DNA of 64,000 nucleotides from an uncultured Thermoleophilia bacterium (GCA_963709845.1 CAVPXV010000006.1:644098-708097), one strand, 5' to 3'; shown: positions 18,077 through 27,824, counted from the stretch's first letter. Made by a program: numbers and translations. The notes: generated from the letters alone by a model not told the origin.

Positions 18077-18336
18077 TCACGCCGGCCAAGCGCCGCGCGC
18101 GGCCGCAAGCCAGCCGCGCACCTCGTCCGCCGAGGGCACGCGGCCGCGGCACACGACCTTGCCGGCGATCGCCAGGCCTGGCGCGCGCCAGACGCCGCGG
18201 CCGACCATGCTGGCGGGGTCCTCGATCCTGTAGATCGTCCGCCGTGACCGGCGCCCAGCTCCTCCAGCGCGGTCTGGAGCGCCGCGGCGAGCGCCACCGT
18301 CTTCTCATCGCCCTTGCCGGACACTTCGATAATCAA
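18077..18336 (-). pseudogene. Degenerate thioredoxin-fold protein of the redox-active disulfide protein 2 family; CxxC replaced by GKGDEK, and a frameshift splits the N- and C-terminal halves
   Basis: TTG start with GGAGAGGA RBS. N-terminal MIIEVSGKGDEKTVALAAALQTALEELG in one frame. C-terminal TIYRIEDPASMVGRGVWRAPGLAIAGKVVCRGRVPSADEVRGWL in another frame, matching the family pattern D.I...GV..PA..I.GK.V..GR.PS..E. Confidence 0.5.
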
Positions 18337-18449
18337 GGCTGATCCTCTCCGGCCGGGTCGCCCTGCGGGGACCGCGGCCGTCGCGCATGGTCTCGCGGGG
18401 ATGGTAGCCGCAGTCCGCGGCCGGGACCCTGACCTTGGTCAAGCGCCGT

Positions 18450-18470
18450 CGCCGGCGCTGCGCGCCGGCG
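18450..18470. terminator. Short GC hairpin (cgccggcgc-tgc-gcgccggcg) immediately downstream of the otsA stop
   Basis: Inverted repeat read directly. Confidence 0.3.
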
Positions 18471-18474
18471 CCGG

Positions 18475-20001
18475 TCAGCGTCCGCCGGCCAGCTTGTCGG
18501 CGATGTCGGCGAACTGCGTCGTCACCCACTTCTCGACGCTGTTGCCCTCGACGACGTCGCAGAGCGCCCGGGCGCGCGCGCGCCGTTCTTCCGCGGGCAT
18601 CGTGAGCGCCCGGTACACGGCGTCGGCCTGTTCGTCGATGTCGAAGGGGTTGACGCCGATGGCGAAGGCCCCGAGCTCCTCCGAGGCGCCGGTGTTCTCC
18701 GATAGCACCAGCACGCCATCGCGCGCGTTGAGCACCGGTCCCTCCTTGGCCACCAGGTTCATCCCGTCGAAGATGGCGTTGACCATGAGCGCGTCGTAGT
18801 GGCGGTAGGCGGCCAGGGTCTGGGGGAAGTTGTCCTGCACGCGCAGGTCGATGGGCATCCAGTCGGTGTTGCCGTGCCTGGTGTTGATCTGCTCGACGGT
18901 GCGCATCACGCGCTCCCGGTACACGACGTACTCCTCCACGTCCTCACGCGACGGCTGCAGCAGGGCGAGGAAGGTGATGCGGTCCTTGAACTCGGGGTGC
19001 AGATCGAGGAAGCGGTCGAAGGCGAGGAAGCCGCGGATGATGTTCTTGCTGAGGTCGAGGCGGTCGACGCGCACGAGCAGGTACTCGCGGCGGCGCTCGA
19101 GCAGGTCGCGCTCCTCGGCCGCCACCCGCTGCGCCGTGGCGGCCTTGCGCAGCGCTTGCGGGTCGATGCTCACCGGGTAGGCGCGCACCCACACTTCGCG
19201 GCCGCCGACGTCGACGGTGAGGCGTGCGGGATCGACCGGCAGGTCGAGGAGGTCCACGCAGCCCTGCAGGAAGTTGCGCGCGTAGTGGAGCGTGTGGAAG
19301 GCGACGATGTCGTTGCCGAGCAGCCCCTCAAACACGGCCGCACGGATGTCGCGCGGGAGCACGAGCCAGGCGTCGCTCTGGGCCCACGGGATGTGCACGA
19401 ACTGCTGCAGGAAGGCGCCGGGCAGGGCGGCGCGCACGAGGCGCGCGACGCCGTACAGATGGTAGTCGTGCAGCATCACGAGGGCGCCGGGACCGGCGGC
19501 CGCGCCGGCCGCCCCACCGGCGCCCGCCTCGTCGACGATGGCCCCGGCGAACAGCCGCTGCACCGGGACGTAGCCGTTCTCCCAGGCGTCGACCTCGTTG
19601 GCGGAGATGTCGGGGTGCCTGCCGAGGTCCCACAGGTAATGCTGGATGAACCACAACATGGGGTTGGCGACGATGTTGTAGTACTTGTGGTACGTCTCCG
19701 GCGCCACCGGCACGTAGCGGACGCGGTAAGTGGCGCCATCGAGCTCTACGTCGAGCGAGCGGCCCTCGGCGGCCAGTCGCGCCTCCTCGTCGCCGAGGGC
19801 CGTGGCCACCCACGTGCCCTGATGCTGGCGCAGGACCTCGCTGAGCACGGTCACGAGCCCGCCCGGCCCGCGCGTGACCACCGGCTCCCCGGAGGGGTCG
19901 CTGTGGAACGAGACCGGGCCGCGGTTGGCGGCCACGACGAGACGTCGCGCGGCGAGATCCGCTGGCTGCACGCAGCCCCCCAGTCCGTGTGCCGCGGCCA
20001 C
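18475..20001 (-). CDS. otsA: Alpha,alpha-trehalose-phosphate synthase (GT20)
   Basis: Full-length OtsA signature. GTG start at 20001; an alternative GTG 10 codons in has GGGGG 4-5 nt upstream. Confidence 0.9.
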   Translation of the reverse strand: MAAAHGLGGCVQPADLAARRLVVAANRGPVSFHSDPSGEPVVTRGPGGLVTVLSEVLRQHQGTWVATALGDEEARLAAEGRSLDVELDGATYRVRYVPVAPETYHKYYNIVANPMLWFIQHYLWDLGRHPDISANEVDAWENGYVPVQRLFAGAIVDEAGAGGAAGAAAGPGALVMLHDYHLYGVARLVRAALPGAFLQQFVHIPWAQSDAWLVLPRDIRAAVFEGLLGNDIVAFHTLHYARNFLQGCVDLLDLPVDPARLTVDVGGREVWVRAYPVSIDPQALRKAATAQRVAAEERDLLERRREYLLVRVDRLDLSKNIIRGFLAFDRFLDLHPEFKDRITFLALLQPSREDVEEYVVYRERVMRTVEQINTRHGNTDWMPIDLRVQDNFPQTLAAYRHYDALMVNAIFDGMNLVAKEGPVLNARDGVLVLSENTGASEELGAFAIGVNPFDIDEQADAVYRALTMPAEERRARARALCDVVEGNSVEKWVTTQFADIADKLAGGR

Positions 20002-20033
20002 AGGCGGGGCCTGCCGGCCCCCGCGGCCCTTGC

Positions 20034-21287
20034 CTAGGACCCTATCTTACCCGCGAGCAGGTCGGAGAAGAGTTGCAGGTCGTCGCGCAGCAGGCGCGGC
20101 GTGAGGAACTCGCGGCGCACGCGCTCCTTGCCGAGCAGCGCCATGCGCCGGTGCTTCTCGGGGTCGGCGAGCACCTGCAGGCAGCGCGCGGCGCAGGCGG
20201 CGGCCGAGTCCACCAGGTAGCCGGTCACGCCGTCCTCGATCTGCAAGGGGATGCCGCCGACGTCGCCGCCGATCGTCGGGCGCGCCTTCCACAGCGCTTC
20301 CGTGACGGTGAGCCCGAAGCCCTCCCGCGTCGACTTCTGGACGATCACGTCGGCGTGGCTCTGGAAGGCGTTGATCTCCACCGAGCCCACGTTGTCGATG
20401 TTGGAGAGCACGAACACGTCCGGGTCCTCGCCCACGTAGTCGATGACCTTTCCCAGGTACTCCCAGCCCTCGGGGTCGTCGCTGGCCATCGAGCCGACGA
20501 GGGCGAGCTGCAGCCCGGGGTGCGTCTGCTTGACCGTGCGATAGACGTCGACGACGCCCAGCGGGTCCTTCCACGGGTCGAAACGCGACACCTGCAGGAG
20601 CAGCGGGCGCTCCACGTCGATGCCGAACTGACGCACGATGTAGGCGGCGTCCTCGGGGGAGAGCTTCATGTTCTTGGGCGCCAGCGGGTCGATAGTGGGG
20701 GCGATCGCCCGCACCGGCACCGTGAGGCCTTCGGGCACGTAGTCCTCGAGCGTGTACACGGCCGCGTCGTAGCCGTTGATGGACGGCAGGAGGTAGTCGT
20801 AGAGGCCGCGGTCCGGCGTCGACGTGTCGATGTGGCAGCGCCAGATCCACCGCGTCGAGCGGTCCTGGCTGAGCGTGACGTAGTCGCGGATGGCGAGCGG
20901 CTGCGGGTCGTGGATGACGACGAAGTCGTACTGGTGCACGAGCGCGGCGGCGTTGCTGCGACAGACCTCCTCGTAGAGCTTCTGCGCCTCCGGCGGGAAG
21001 TCCACCTGATGGCCCTGGAGCCCATTGTGGAAGCTCTTCGTGACGTTGAAGAACTCGGGCGGTGCGGTGATGATCTGCCAGTCCGCCTCGAGGCCGGCGT
21101 CGGTCGTCAGTGGCACGAGGGTGTAGAGGATCTCGGCCACACCGCCGCCGAAAGCAGTCGCGTTGACGTGCAGCACGCGGCGGCCGCGCAGGCCCTCGGC
21201 GAGCCTGTCGATGTCGGCCATCAGCTCCCGGGGCACGATCGAGCGGTAGTCGGCGAGCGCCTTGTGCCCGACGTTGACGTGGTGCAT
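20034..21287 (-). CDS. treT: Trehalose glycosyltransferring synthase TreT (GT4; NDP-glucose + glucose to trehalose)
   Basis: ATG at 21287 with GGAGG. Close match to archaeal and Rubrobacter TreT blocks (HVNATAFGGGVAEIL, FFNVTKSFHNGLQG, WIWRCHIDTS, QVSRFDPWKD, MASDDPEGW, REGFGLTVTEALWK). Confidence 0.85.
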   Translation of the reverse strand: MHHVNVGHKALADYRSIVPRELMADIDRLAEGLRGRRVLHVNATAFGGGVAEILYTLVPLTTDAGLEADWQIITAPPEFFNVTKSFHNGLQGHQVDFPPEAQKLYEEVCRSNAAALVHQYDFVVIHDPQPLAIRDYVTLSQDRSTRWIWRCHIDTSTPDRGLYDYLLPSINGYDAAVYTLEDYVPEGLTVPVRAIAPTIDPLAPKNMKLSPEDAAYIVRQFGIDVERPLLLQVSRFDPWKDPLGVVDVYRTVKQTHPGLQLALVGSMASDDPEGWEYLGKVIDYVGEDPDVFVLSNIDNVGSVEINAFQSHADVIVQKSTREGFGLTVTEALWKARPTIGGDVGGIPLQIEDGVTGYLVDSAAACAARCLQVLADPEKHRRMALLGKERVRREFLTPRLLRDDLQLFSDLLAGKIGS

Positions 21288-21390
21288 TGGACCTCCGTGA
21301 AAGGGCCACGGGCGGCCGCCGGCCGCCCGCTCGGTTCCTGCGAATCCCGGTAGTACATCACACCGGCGGGCGGTGGGCTAAACTCGGGGC

Positions 21391-22128
21391 GTGAACGCCG
21401 CCGCCCCACCGCCTCCGCAAGCCCTGACCATCGCCTCCGACGGCCTCGCCCTGGCCGGCCGTCTCTTCCGCCCGGCCGGCGCGCCGCGCGGCGCCCTGCT
21501 CGTGTGCCACGGCGCCGGCAGCCGCAAGGAGAACCACGAGATCATGGGTGAGCAGGCGGCGGCGGCCGGCCTCGCCGCGCTCACCTTCGACGTGCGCGGC
21601 CACGGCGAAAGCGAGGGCGTGCTCGGACCGGACGGCTGGCACGACGCCGTCGCCGCCGGCGAGGCGCTCCTGGCGGCCAGCGGCGCGCCCTTGCTGGCGG
21701 CGCGCGGCGCCAGCATGGGCGGCTGCTTCCTGCTCCAGGCCGCCCAGCGCCGCCCTGACCTCTTCCGCGCCCTGGTGCTGCTGTGCCCGGCCGACGGCGC
21801 CTCGCTCCTGGCCGGGCTGGACGAGCTGGAGCGCCCCTCGGCTGCCGGCGCCGTCCCCGAGTATGCGGGCCGCATCGATGCGGCCGCGCTGCGGCCCTAC
21901 CTGCGCGGCCTCGACCTCGTGCGGGCGGCGCGCGGCCTGCCGCGCGTGCTGCTGGCGCACGCGCGCGACGACGAGGCGGTGCCCTTCGCGCACAGCCTGC
22001 GACTGGCCGCCGTGCTCGCCGCCCCCTTGCGCCTCATCTGGCTGGCGTCCGGCGGCCACCACGGGCCGGGGCGCTCGGCCGCGGTGGCGAAGGCGACGAT
22101 CGAATGGGCGTTGCAGCAGGGAGGCTGA
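21391..22128 (+). CDS. Alpha/beta-fold hydrolase (dienelactone hydrolase-like)
   Basis: GTG start. HGAGS, GASMGG nucleophile elbow, and a C-terminal His region. Confidence 0.75.
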   Translation: MNAAAPPPPQALTIASDGLALAGRLFRPAGAPRGALLVCHGAGSRKENHEIMGEQAAAAGLAALTFDVRGHGESEGVLGPDGWHDAVAAGEALLAASGAPLLAARGASMGGCFLLQAAQRRPDLFRALVLLCPADGASLLAGLDELERPSAAGAVPEYAGRIDAAALRPYLRGLDLVRAARGLPRVLLAHARDDEAVPFAHSLRLAAVLAAPLRLIWLASGGHHGPGRSAAVAKATIEWALQQGG

Positions 22129-22163
22129 GCGCGCCGCGAGGCACGGGGTGCCGCTGCCTGGCT

Positions 22164-22646
22164 TCAGTCGGCGAGGCCCAGGTGCCGCAGGCGCGTGCGC
22201 ATGGCCGCGCGGCTGACGTCGAAGCGGTCGGCGAGCCTCTCCGCGTCGGGACCGTTGGCGAGCACGGCTTCGCGCACGCGCTCCTCGGGCATGAGCAGCT
22301 CGGCGGCGAAGGCGTCGGCCTCTCGCTCCTGGACGCGGCCCGCCTCGGTGACCAGGCCACCCCGCTCGGGCCGCCGCAGGCCCGGGTGCAAGACGAAGTG
22401 GCCGATCTCGTGGGCGATCGTGAAGCGGCGGCGGCGCTCCCCGCCGCTGCCTTCCAGCACGATCGCGTAGGAGTCGCCGAGCGGCTCCAGCGCGGCCTCG
22501 CTGCTGAACGGCGCGTGCGTGCGCCGCACCAGGTCGAGGTTGAGAGCGCTGACCACGGCGCGCAGGTCCACCGGCTCGCGAGAGACACCGGCGGCCTGGA
22601 GCAGGCGTTCAGCCTGACGGCGGATGTGTGCGACGGATCGGCTCAT
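22164..22646 (-). CDS. ImmA/IrrE-family zinc metallopeptidase (HEIGH motif)
   Basis: ATG at 22646. FTIAHEIGHFVLH is the HExxH core of the ImmA/IrrE family. Only 76 nt downstream of feoB on the same strand. Confidence 0.75.
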   Translation of the reverse strand: MSRSVAHIRRQAERLLQAAGVSREPVDLRAVVSALNLDLVRRTHAPFSSEAALEPLGDSYAIVLEGSGGERRRRFTIAHEIGHFVLHPGLRRPERGGLVTEAGRVQEREADAFAAELLMPEERVREAVLANGPDAERLADRFDVSRAAMRTRLRHLGLAD

Positions 22647-22722
22647 GCGCAAGGCCCCTTGCCGGACGGCATTGTACCACCGTCGCCGGACGAGCCCGCC
22701 GTCGGCGGCGTACAAGCGCTGG

Positions 22723-24747
22723 TCAGGTGCCGAGAAACGGCAGGAGGCGCGCCACCACGCCGCCGACCGCCAGCGCCAGGGCGATCGTGCCGGCGCTGAT
22801 GTAGACCGTCCGCTTCCATCCCACCACGCGCACGAGCACGGTGATCGTCGCCAGGCAGGGGATGTAGATCGCGTTCACGATCGCGTAGGTGACGATCTGC
22901 GAGGTCGTCATGATGCTCGAGATGCTCACGACGGCGCCGCCCGCCTGCACCGCCGCGAACACCAGGAGCAGCTGCAGAGCCATCTCCTTGCGCAGCACGG
23001 CGAAGATGAGCGTGAGACCCGCGACCGCCGGCAGCAGCAGCCAGCCTTGCACCACGGGCGCAAGGATGGGCTCCAGCTTCCACACGAGGCCGGTCTCGTA
23101 CAGGGTGCCGAGGGCCATGCTGCCCAGCACGATGATGGGGGCGGCGTCCCAGATGAACTCGCGGAAGCGCCGCCAGGTCTTGCGCAGCACCTGCCGCGCC
23201 AGCGGCCGGCGGAAGGGGAACATCTCCATCACCAGCGCGCCCTCGTCGCCGGGCAGCAGGCGGTTGAGCGCAAGACCGGCCGCCACGATGACCACGAGAA
23301 GGACGGCGTAGGTGAGCAGCGCGTACTGCCAGCCGGCGACGCCGGCGACGGCGCCGATGATCACGGCGGTGCGCGCGCTGCAGGGCGTGAGCGTCGCGAG
23401 CACCGAGGCGATGAAGCGCTCCCGCGGCTCCGCGAGCGTGCGCGCCGCGATCACCGCCGGCACGTTGCAGCCGCCGGCGGCGATGAGCGGCATGATGGCC
23501 CGCCCGTGCAGCCCGAAGCGGTGCATGACGCGGTCGCTGAGGAAGGCGGCGGCGTTCATGTACCCGGAGTCCTCGATCACCGCCAGGATGAGGTAGAAGG
23601 TGAGGATGTAGGGGATGCCGACCGCCAGCGTGGCGAGGATGCCGCCGTCGACCCCCCAGAGCACGATGCGGCCGGCGGCGCCGGTGCCGAGCAAGGCGTG
23701 CACCGCGCTGATCACTGCCGGGCTGATCCAGGCGGTCCACGCACCCGTGAGCAGGCGCGCGAGCACGTCGCCGACCACGAAGAGCGTGGTGAACATCGCG
23801 GCGATCACGCCGAGCATGATGGGGATCCCCGTACGCGGCGAGGTCGTGAGGCGCCAGAGCGTGTCGGCGCCGGCCTTGGGCGGCGCCTGTGCCGTCGCCG
23901 CGAGCCGGCGCGCCTCCGCGTGGCGCGCCTTGGCGATCTCCAGGGCGAAGCCGTCGTCGGCCGCCGAGAGCGTGCCGTCCTCGAGCAGGCCCAGGGCCGA
24001 GGCGATGCGCGCGTCGCCTTCGAGCACGGCGACCGCCGCGCCGCGCGGCGAGAGGCCCCCGGGCACTTCCGCGCCGGCGGCCGCGCGCGCCGAGATGACG
24101 GCGGTGAGCGCGCGCAGCCGCTCCTCGACGGCAGGCGGCAGCGGGGTGCCGCCGGCTTCACTGCGAAGGCCGGGTGCCTGCCCGATGGCGGCCACCTCGA
24201 GCGCCGCGACCTGGATCTCGGGCAGGCCCTCGCCGCGCGGCGCGACCGTGAGCACGACGGGCGCGCCGAGCTCGTCGCCCAGGCGGCGCGGGTCCGGCTC
24301 GCGCTGGCGGCGGCGGGCCTCGTCGGAGAGGTTCACGGCCACCACGACGCCGTAGCCCAGGTCGCGCAGCTGCAGGGGGAGGTACAGGCTGCGCGCCAGG
24401 TTGGTCGCGTCGGCGACGGCCACGACGACGTCCGGCCGTCGCTCCAGGAGCGCGTCGCGCGCCGCGAGGTGGTCGCCCTCGTGCCCCTCCAGCGCGTAGC
24501 TGCCGGGGAGGTCGACCACCTCCACCCGGCGCTCCCCCCACTGGGTACAGAGGCTCGCCGCGGCTACGCTGACGCCGGCGTAGTTGGCGGTCTCGGCGGC
24601 GGCGCCGGTGAGCGCGTTGTACAGGGAGGTCTTGCCGACGTTTGGGTTGCCGGCGACGCATACGACGAGCGCGGCGGCTTGGTGGTGCCGCGCGTCTCCC
24701 GCTCGCCTCGCGGCGGCCCGCCGGCGGGCGCCGAGGACCGTCGCCAT
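22723..24747 (-). CDS. feoB: Ferrous iron transporter FeoB (N-terminal GTPase plus membrane domain)
   Basis: ATG at 24747, 4 nt after the dtxR-like stop. Motifs GNPNVGKTSL and D-x-x-G, plus a polytopic C-terminal domain. Confidence 0.9.
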   Translation of the reverse strand: MATVLGARRRAAARRAGDARHHQAAALVVCVAGNPNVGKTSLYNALTGAAAETANYAGVSVAAASLCTQWGERRVEVVDLPGSYALEGHEGDHLAARDALLERRPDVVVAVADATNLARSLYLPLQLRDLGYGVVVAVNLSDEARRRQREPDPRRLGDELGAPVVLTVAPRGEGLPEIQVAALEVAAIGQAPGLRSEAGGTPLPPAVEERLRALTAVISARAAAGAEVPGGLSPRGAAVAVLEGDARIASALGLLEDGTLSAADDGFALEIAKARHAEARRLAATAQAPPKAGADTLWRLTTSPRTGIPIMLGVIAAMFTTLFVVGDVLARLLTGAWTAWISPAVISAVHALLGTGAAGRIVLWGVDGGILATLAVGIPYILTFYLILAVIEDSGYMNAAAFLSDRVMHRFGLHGRAIMPLIAAGGCNVPAVIAARTLAEPRERFIASVLATLTPCSARTAVIIGAVAGVAGWQYALLTYAVLLVVIVAAGLALNRLLPGDEGALVMEMFPFRRPLARQVLRKTWRRFREFIWDAAPIIVLGSMALGTLYETGLVWKLEPILAPVVQGWLLLPAVAGLTLIFAVLRKEMALQLLLVFAAVQAGGAVVSISSIMTTSQIVTYAIVNAIYIPCLATITVLVRVVGWKRTVYISAGTIALALAVGGVVARLLPFLGT

Positions 24748-24751
24748 CCGC

Positions 24752-25408
24752 TCAGCCTCTGACGAGGATCTTGTCGGCCACCTCGCGCCCGATGGCGTAC
24801 TGCGATCCGGCGACGCGCACCAGCAGCGGGCCACCGAACGGCGCCACGCTCTCGACCTCGACGGGGGTGTCGGGCAGCAGGCCGAGCGAGGAGAGGTAGC
24901 GCAGGAACTCGCCGCTCTCCTCGGCGATGCAGCCGATCACCCCGGCCTCGCCGACGGCAAAGCCGGACAGCGGCTTGAGATCCTCCTCGTCGAGCGTCCC
25001 GTCTTCCTCAGGGATGACGTGGCCGTGGGGACAGGTACGCGGCGCGCCAAGCTGCTCGGCGAGGCGCGCTTCGACCTCCGGGCTGAGCACGTGTTCGAAC
25101 TTGCAGGCCTCGTCGTGGACGGAGTCCCACGGCATGCCGAGGTAGTCCACCAGGAAGCGTTCGCTGAGACGGTGACGCCGCACCAGGCGGGCGCCCTCGA
25201 GGTCGCCCTCGGGCGTGAGCGCGATGCCGCCTTCACCCGGCGGCTCCACCAGTCCGGTGGCCCGGAGGCGGCCGAGCATCTCGGACACCGAAGGCGGGGC
25301 CACGCCGAGCTCGTCGGCCAGTCGTCTGCCGGTCACCGGCCCCCCGGCGCGCTGCAGCTTGAAGATCGCCTCGAGGTACTCCTCGGCGCTCTCTGTGCGT
25401 TTGCTCAC
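24752..25408 (-). CDS. DtxR/IdeR-family metal-dependent repressor with a C-terminal FeoA/SH3-like domain
   Basis: GTG at 25408 with GGAGG 4 nt upstream. HTH, metal-binding region, and C-terminal GEAGVIGCIAE...LLVRVAGSQYAIG. Confidence 0.85.
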   Translation of the reverse strand: MSKRTESAEEYLEAIFKLQRAGGPVTGRRLADELGVAPPSVSEMLGRLRATGLVEPPGEGGIALTPEGDLEGARLVRRHRLSERFLVDYLGMPWDSVHDEACKFEHVLSPEVEARLAEQLGAPRTCPHGHVIPEEDGTLDEEDLKPLSGFAVGEAGVIGCIAEESGEFLRYLSSLGLLPDTPVEVESVAPFGGPLLVRVAGSQYAIGREVADKILVRG

Positions 25409-25639
25409 GACCGCCTCCGGTCTGCTCGTCGGGTCCGCCGGCGCACCAGTCTCAAGGTGGGCGCATCGCGTGTCCCGTTAGGATACCCTAATCATCGGCT
25501 TGAGGGAATCCTGACTATGGTCAAGAGACCTCCCTACCGGAGCGGGCGGCGCGAGCCGTCCCCCTCGGCGGCGCGGAGGGCCACTCCAAACGACGCACGA
25601 CCGTGCGGCGCCGCGAGCGAGGCTGCGAGGGGAGGGGTC

Positions 25640-25715
25640 TGGAGCGGATGACGGGACTCGAACCCGCGATCTTCAGCTTGGGAAGCTGACGTGTTACCAG
25701 CTACACTACATCCGC
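25640..25715 (-). tRNA. tRNA-Gly (anticodon CCC), CCA encoded
   Basis: Manually folded: acceptor GCGGATG/CATCCGC, perfect D-stem GTGT/ACAC, anticodon stem TCAGC/GCTGA with loop TTCCCAA, T-arm GCGGG-TTCGAGT-CCCGT, discriminator U, CCA. Confidence 0.9.
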
Positions 25716-25770
25716 TCGCCGCCGTAGTTCACCACACCGGCAGCCCGCCCGCAACTGCCGCCCCCGCGCG

Positions 25771-26586
25771 CTATTCCGCGAGGTCCGAGAGGCGCACGCA
25801 GGCCAGGAAGGCGCGGTAGACCGCCTCGTAGTCCGCGCCGGCCAGTTCGAGCGTGCGCCCGTCGAGCCGCCGCGCGCCGGGGCAGGCGGAGGCGCGGTCG
25901 CAGAACTCGGCGCGTGTGAACGTGAGCCGCAGCGGCTGGCCATTCCACATGAGCGGCGCCACGGCGGCCGCGCCGCGGACGGCGCGCTCCACGTCGGCGC
26001 GCATGCGCTCGCGCGCCGCCTCCGCGGGCGAAAGCTCGGCGCACAGGCGCATGACGCCGCGCTTGACGACCGTCGTCACCACCCCCGGGACCAGCGCGGC
26101 GGCCTCGGCCGCGATCTTGTCGTCCCCCGAGACGTACACGGCCGGTACGCCGAAGTGCCCCGCCAGCAGCGCGCCGAGGCCGAACTCGCCGACCTCGACG
26201 TCCCCGAAGCTCGCCGCGAACACCTTGTAGTTCCACGTGTGCTCGAGCACCGCCGCGGCGGTACCGGCGCGCGCGTGGTAGCCCACGAAGAGCGCGCCGT
26301 GGTAGCCGGGCCCGATGCCCTGCATCATGCTGTGCGGCGCGTCCGTACCGCTCACCAGGGTCACGCCTGCGGGCAGACCCGCGGCATCGAGGTTGCGGCC
26401 GTCGTCGTGCGCGTCGCAGACGACGACCTCACCAGCCCCGGCGGCGAAGCAACCCGCGAGGACGGCGTCCAGGTCCGCCCGCATGTGTACGCGCGCCCGG
26501 GCGGCCGCGGGCCCGTCGCGGTCGGCGTCGCGCTCGGCGACGACTCCGCAGATGCCCTCGAGATCGACGGCGATGAAGAGTTTCAC
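25771..26586 (-). CDS. M55-family D-aminopeptidase (DppA-like)
   Basis: GTG at 26586 with GGGAGGGAGG. N-terminal VKLFIAVDLEGICGV is the M55 hallmark. Confidence 0.8.
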   Translation of the reverse strand: MKLFIAVDLEGICGVVAERDADRDGPAAARARVHMRADLDAVLAGCFAAGAGEVVVCDAHDDGRNLDAAGLPAGVTLVSGTDAPHSMMQGIGPGYHGALFVGYHARAGTAAAVLEHTWNYKVFAASFGDVEVGEFGLGALLAGHFGVPAVYVSGDDKIAAEAAALVPGVVTTVVKRGVMRLCAELSPAEAARERMRADVERAVRGAAAVAPLMWNGQPLRLTFTRAEFCDRASACPGARRLDGRTLELAGADYEAVYRAFLACVRLSDLAE

Positions 26587-26611
26587 GGGCGCCTCCCTCC
26601 CCCGCCGCGCC

Positions 26612-27685
26612 TCAGGCGCGCGGCGGCTCGGTGCTGGTGGGCCACGCCTCGCCGACGCGGCGCGCGAGGGCGGCCACGAGGAGCGCCGCGTCCTCGAAGT
26701 CGTCCACCTTGGCCACCTCGAACGGCGAGTGCATGTAGCGCATCGGCAGGCTCAGCGAAAGCGTCGCGGCGCCACTCGCGGCCATCAGTTCGTCGGCGTC
26801 GGTCTGCATGTCCGCCGGCGCCGCTTTCACCTGCACGGCGATGCCCTCGGCGGCGGCCACCTCCCGGGCGAGGGCGAAGAGGCGCTCGTTGCTGCCGGCC
26901 CCGCGCCCCAGCACCGGGCCCCCACCCATGACGACCTCCCCCGCCAGCCGCTTGGCGTCGGCGGCGGGGGTGTCGCTGCAGAAGTCGCCGTCCATGACGA
27001 TGATCACGTCGGCCGCGAGCCGGCGCGCCAGCGCCTTCGCGCCCATGCCCGTGGTCTCCTCGTGCACCGTGCTCATGCCTGTGAGCACGGCCGCGCCCGG
27101 GCGCGCGGCGTAGTGCTCGAGCGCCCGCACCACCGCGTACACGCCGCCGCGGTCGTCGAGCGCCAGCGAGGCGACGACGCCCGCGGCCAGCTCGATGAAC
27201 TCGGGCGCGAACGTGACCGGGTCGCCGACGGCGATCCGCTCGAGCGCGGCCTCGCGACTCGACGCACCCACGTCCAGGAACTGCTCGTGCAGCGGTGGCA
27301 CGGTGTTGCGCTCAGCTTCCGCCAGGATGTGCGTCGGCTTGCGGCCGCCGACGGCCGCGACCGGACCAGAGGCGCCGTGAATGGCGAACCGGCGGCCCGG
27401 CACGAGCAGAGGCGCGAGCCCCCCGACCCGTTCCACGGAGACGAAGCCGTGCTCGTCCACCCCGGTGACGATCAGACCGATCTGGTCGACGTGGGCGACC
27501 ACCGCGATCCTCGTGCCGCCGCCGGGACCGAGGTCGAGCCACAGGTTGCCGAGGGGGTCGCCATGGGCCTCGCCGAGCTCCGCCAGCCGCTCGCGCACGA
27601 CGCGCTGCGCCGGGCCTTCGAAGCCCGTAGGCCCGGGCGCGAGGCACAGCGCCCGCAGCAGTCCGAGGTCAGCGCTCACCGTCAT
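26612..27685 (-). CDS. M42-family aminopeptidase (FrvX/glutamyl aminopeptidase-like)
   Basis: ATG at 27685 with GGGGAGG. Has the HVDQIG, DDRGG and EETTGMG metal-binding blocks of M42. Confidence 0.8.
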   Translation of the reverse strand: MTVSADLGLLRALCLAPGPTGFEGPAQRVVRERLAELGEAHGDPLGNLWLDLGPGGGTRIAVVAHVDQIGLIVTGVDEHGFVSVERVGGLAPLLVPGRRFAIHGASGPVAAVGGRKPTHILAEAERNTVPPLHEQFLDVGASSREAALERIAVGDPVTFAPEFIELAAGVVASLALDDRGGVYAVVRALEHYAARPGAAVLTGMSTVHEETTGMGAKALARRLAADVIIVMDGDFCSDTPAADAKRLAGEVVMGGGPVLGRGAGSNERLFALAREVAAAEGIAVQVKAAPADMQTDADELMAASGAATLSLSLPMRYMHSPFEVAKVDDFEDAALLVAALARRVGEAWPTSTEPPRA

Positions 27686-27824
27686 ACCTCCCCACGAGGG
27701 TCCTGCGCGATAGTACAACACGACAGAACGCTCGTGAGTTTGCCGCCGGAGTGAGGAGGTATCAATCAGTACGTACTGCACCAGGGCGAGGGTGCGCAAA
27801 CGCCACACGACGCAGGGGGTCGTG

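Noticed and set aside
18018-18308. Tracked ORFs 17881..18336 and 18018..18308 as two separate small genes
   Set aside because: They are the two halves, in different frames, of a single thioredoxin-fold gene. Their N- and C-terminal similarity to one family joins them into one frameshifted feature (18077..18336).
25640-27700. tRNA-Gly as an integration site for a genomic island
   Set aside because: There is no integrase, no direct repeat of the tRNA 3' end, and no compositional shift in the flanking peptidase genes.
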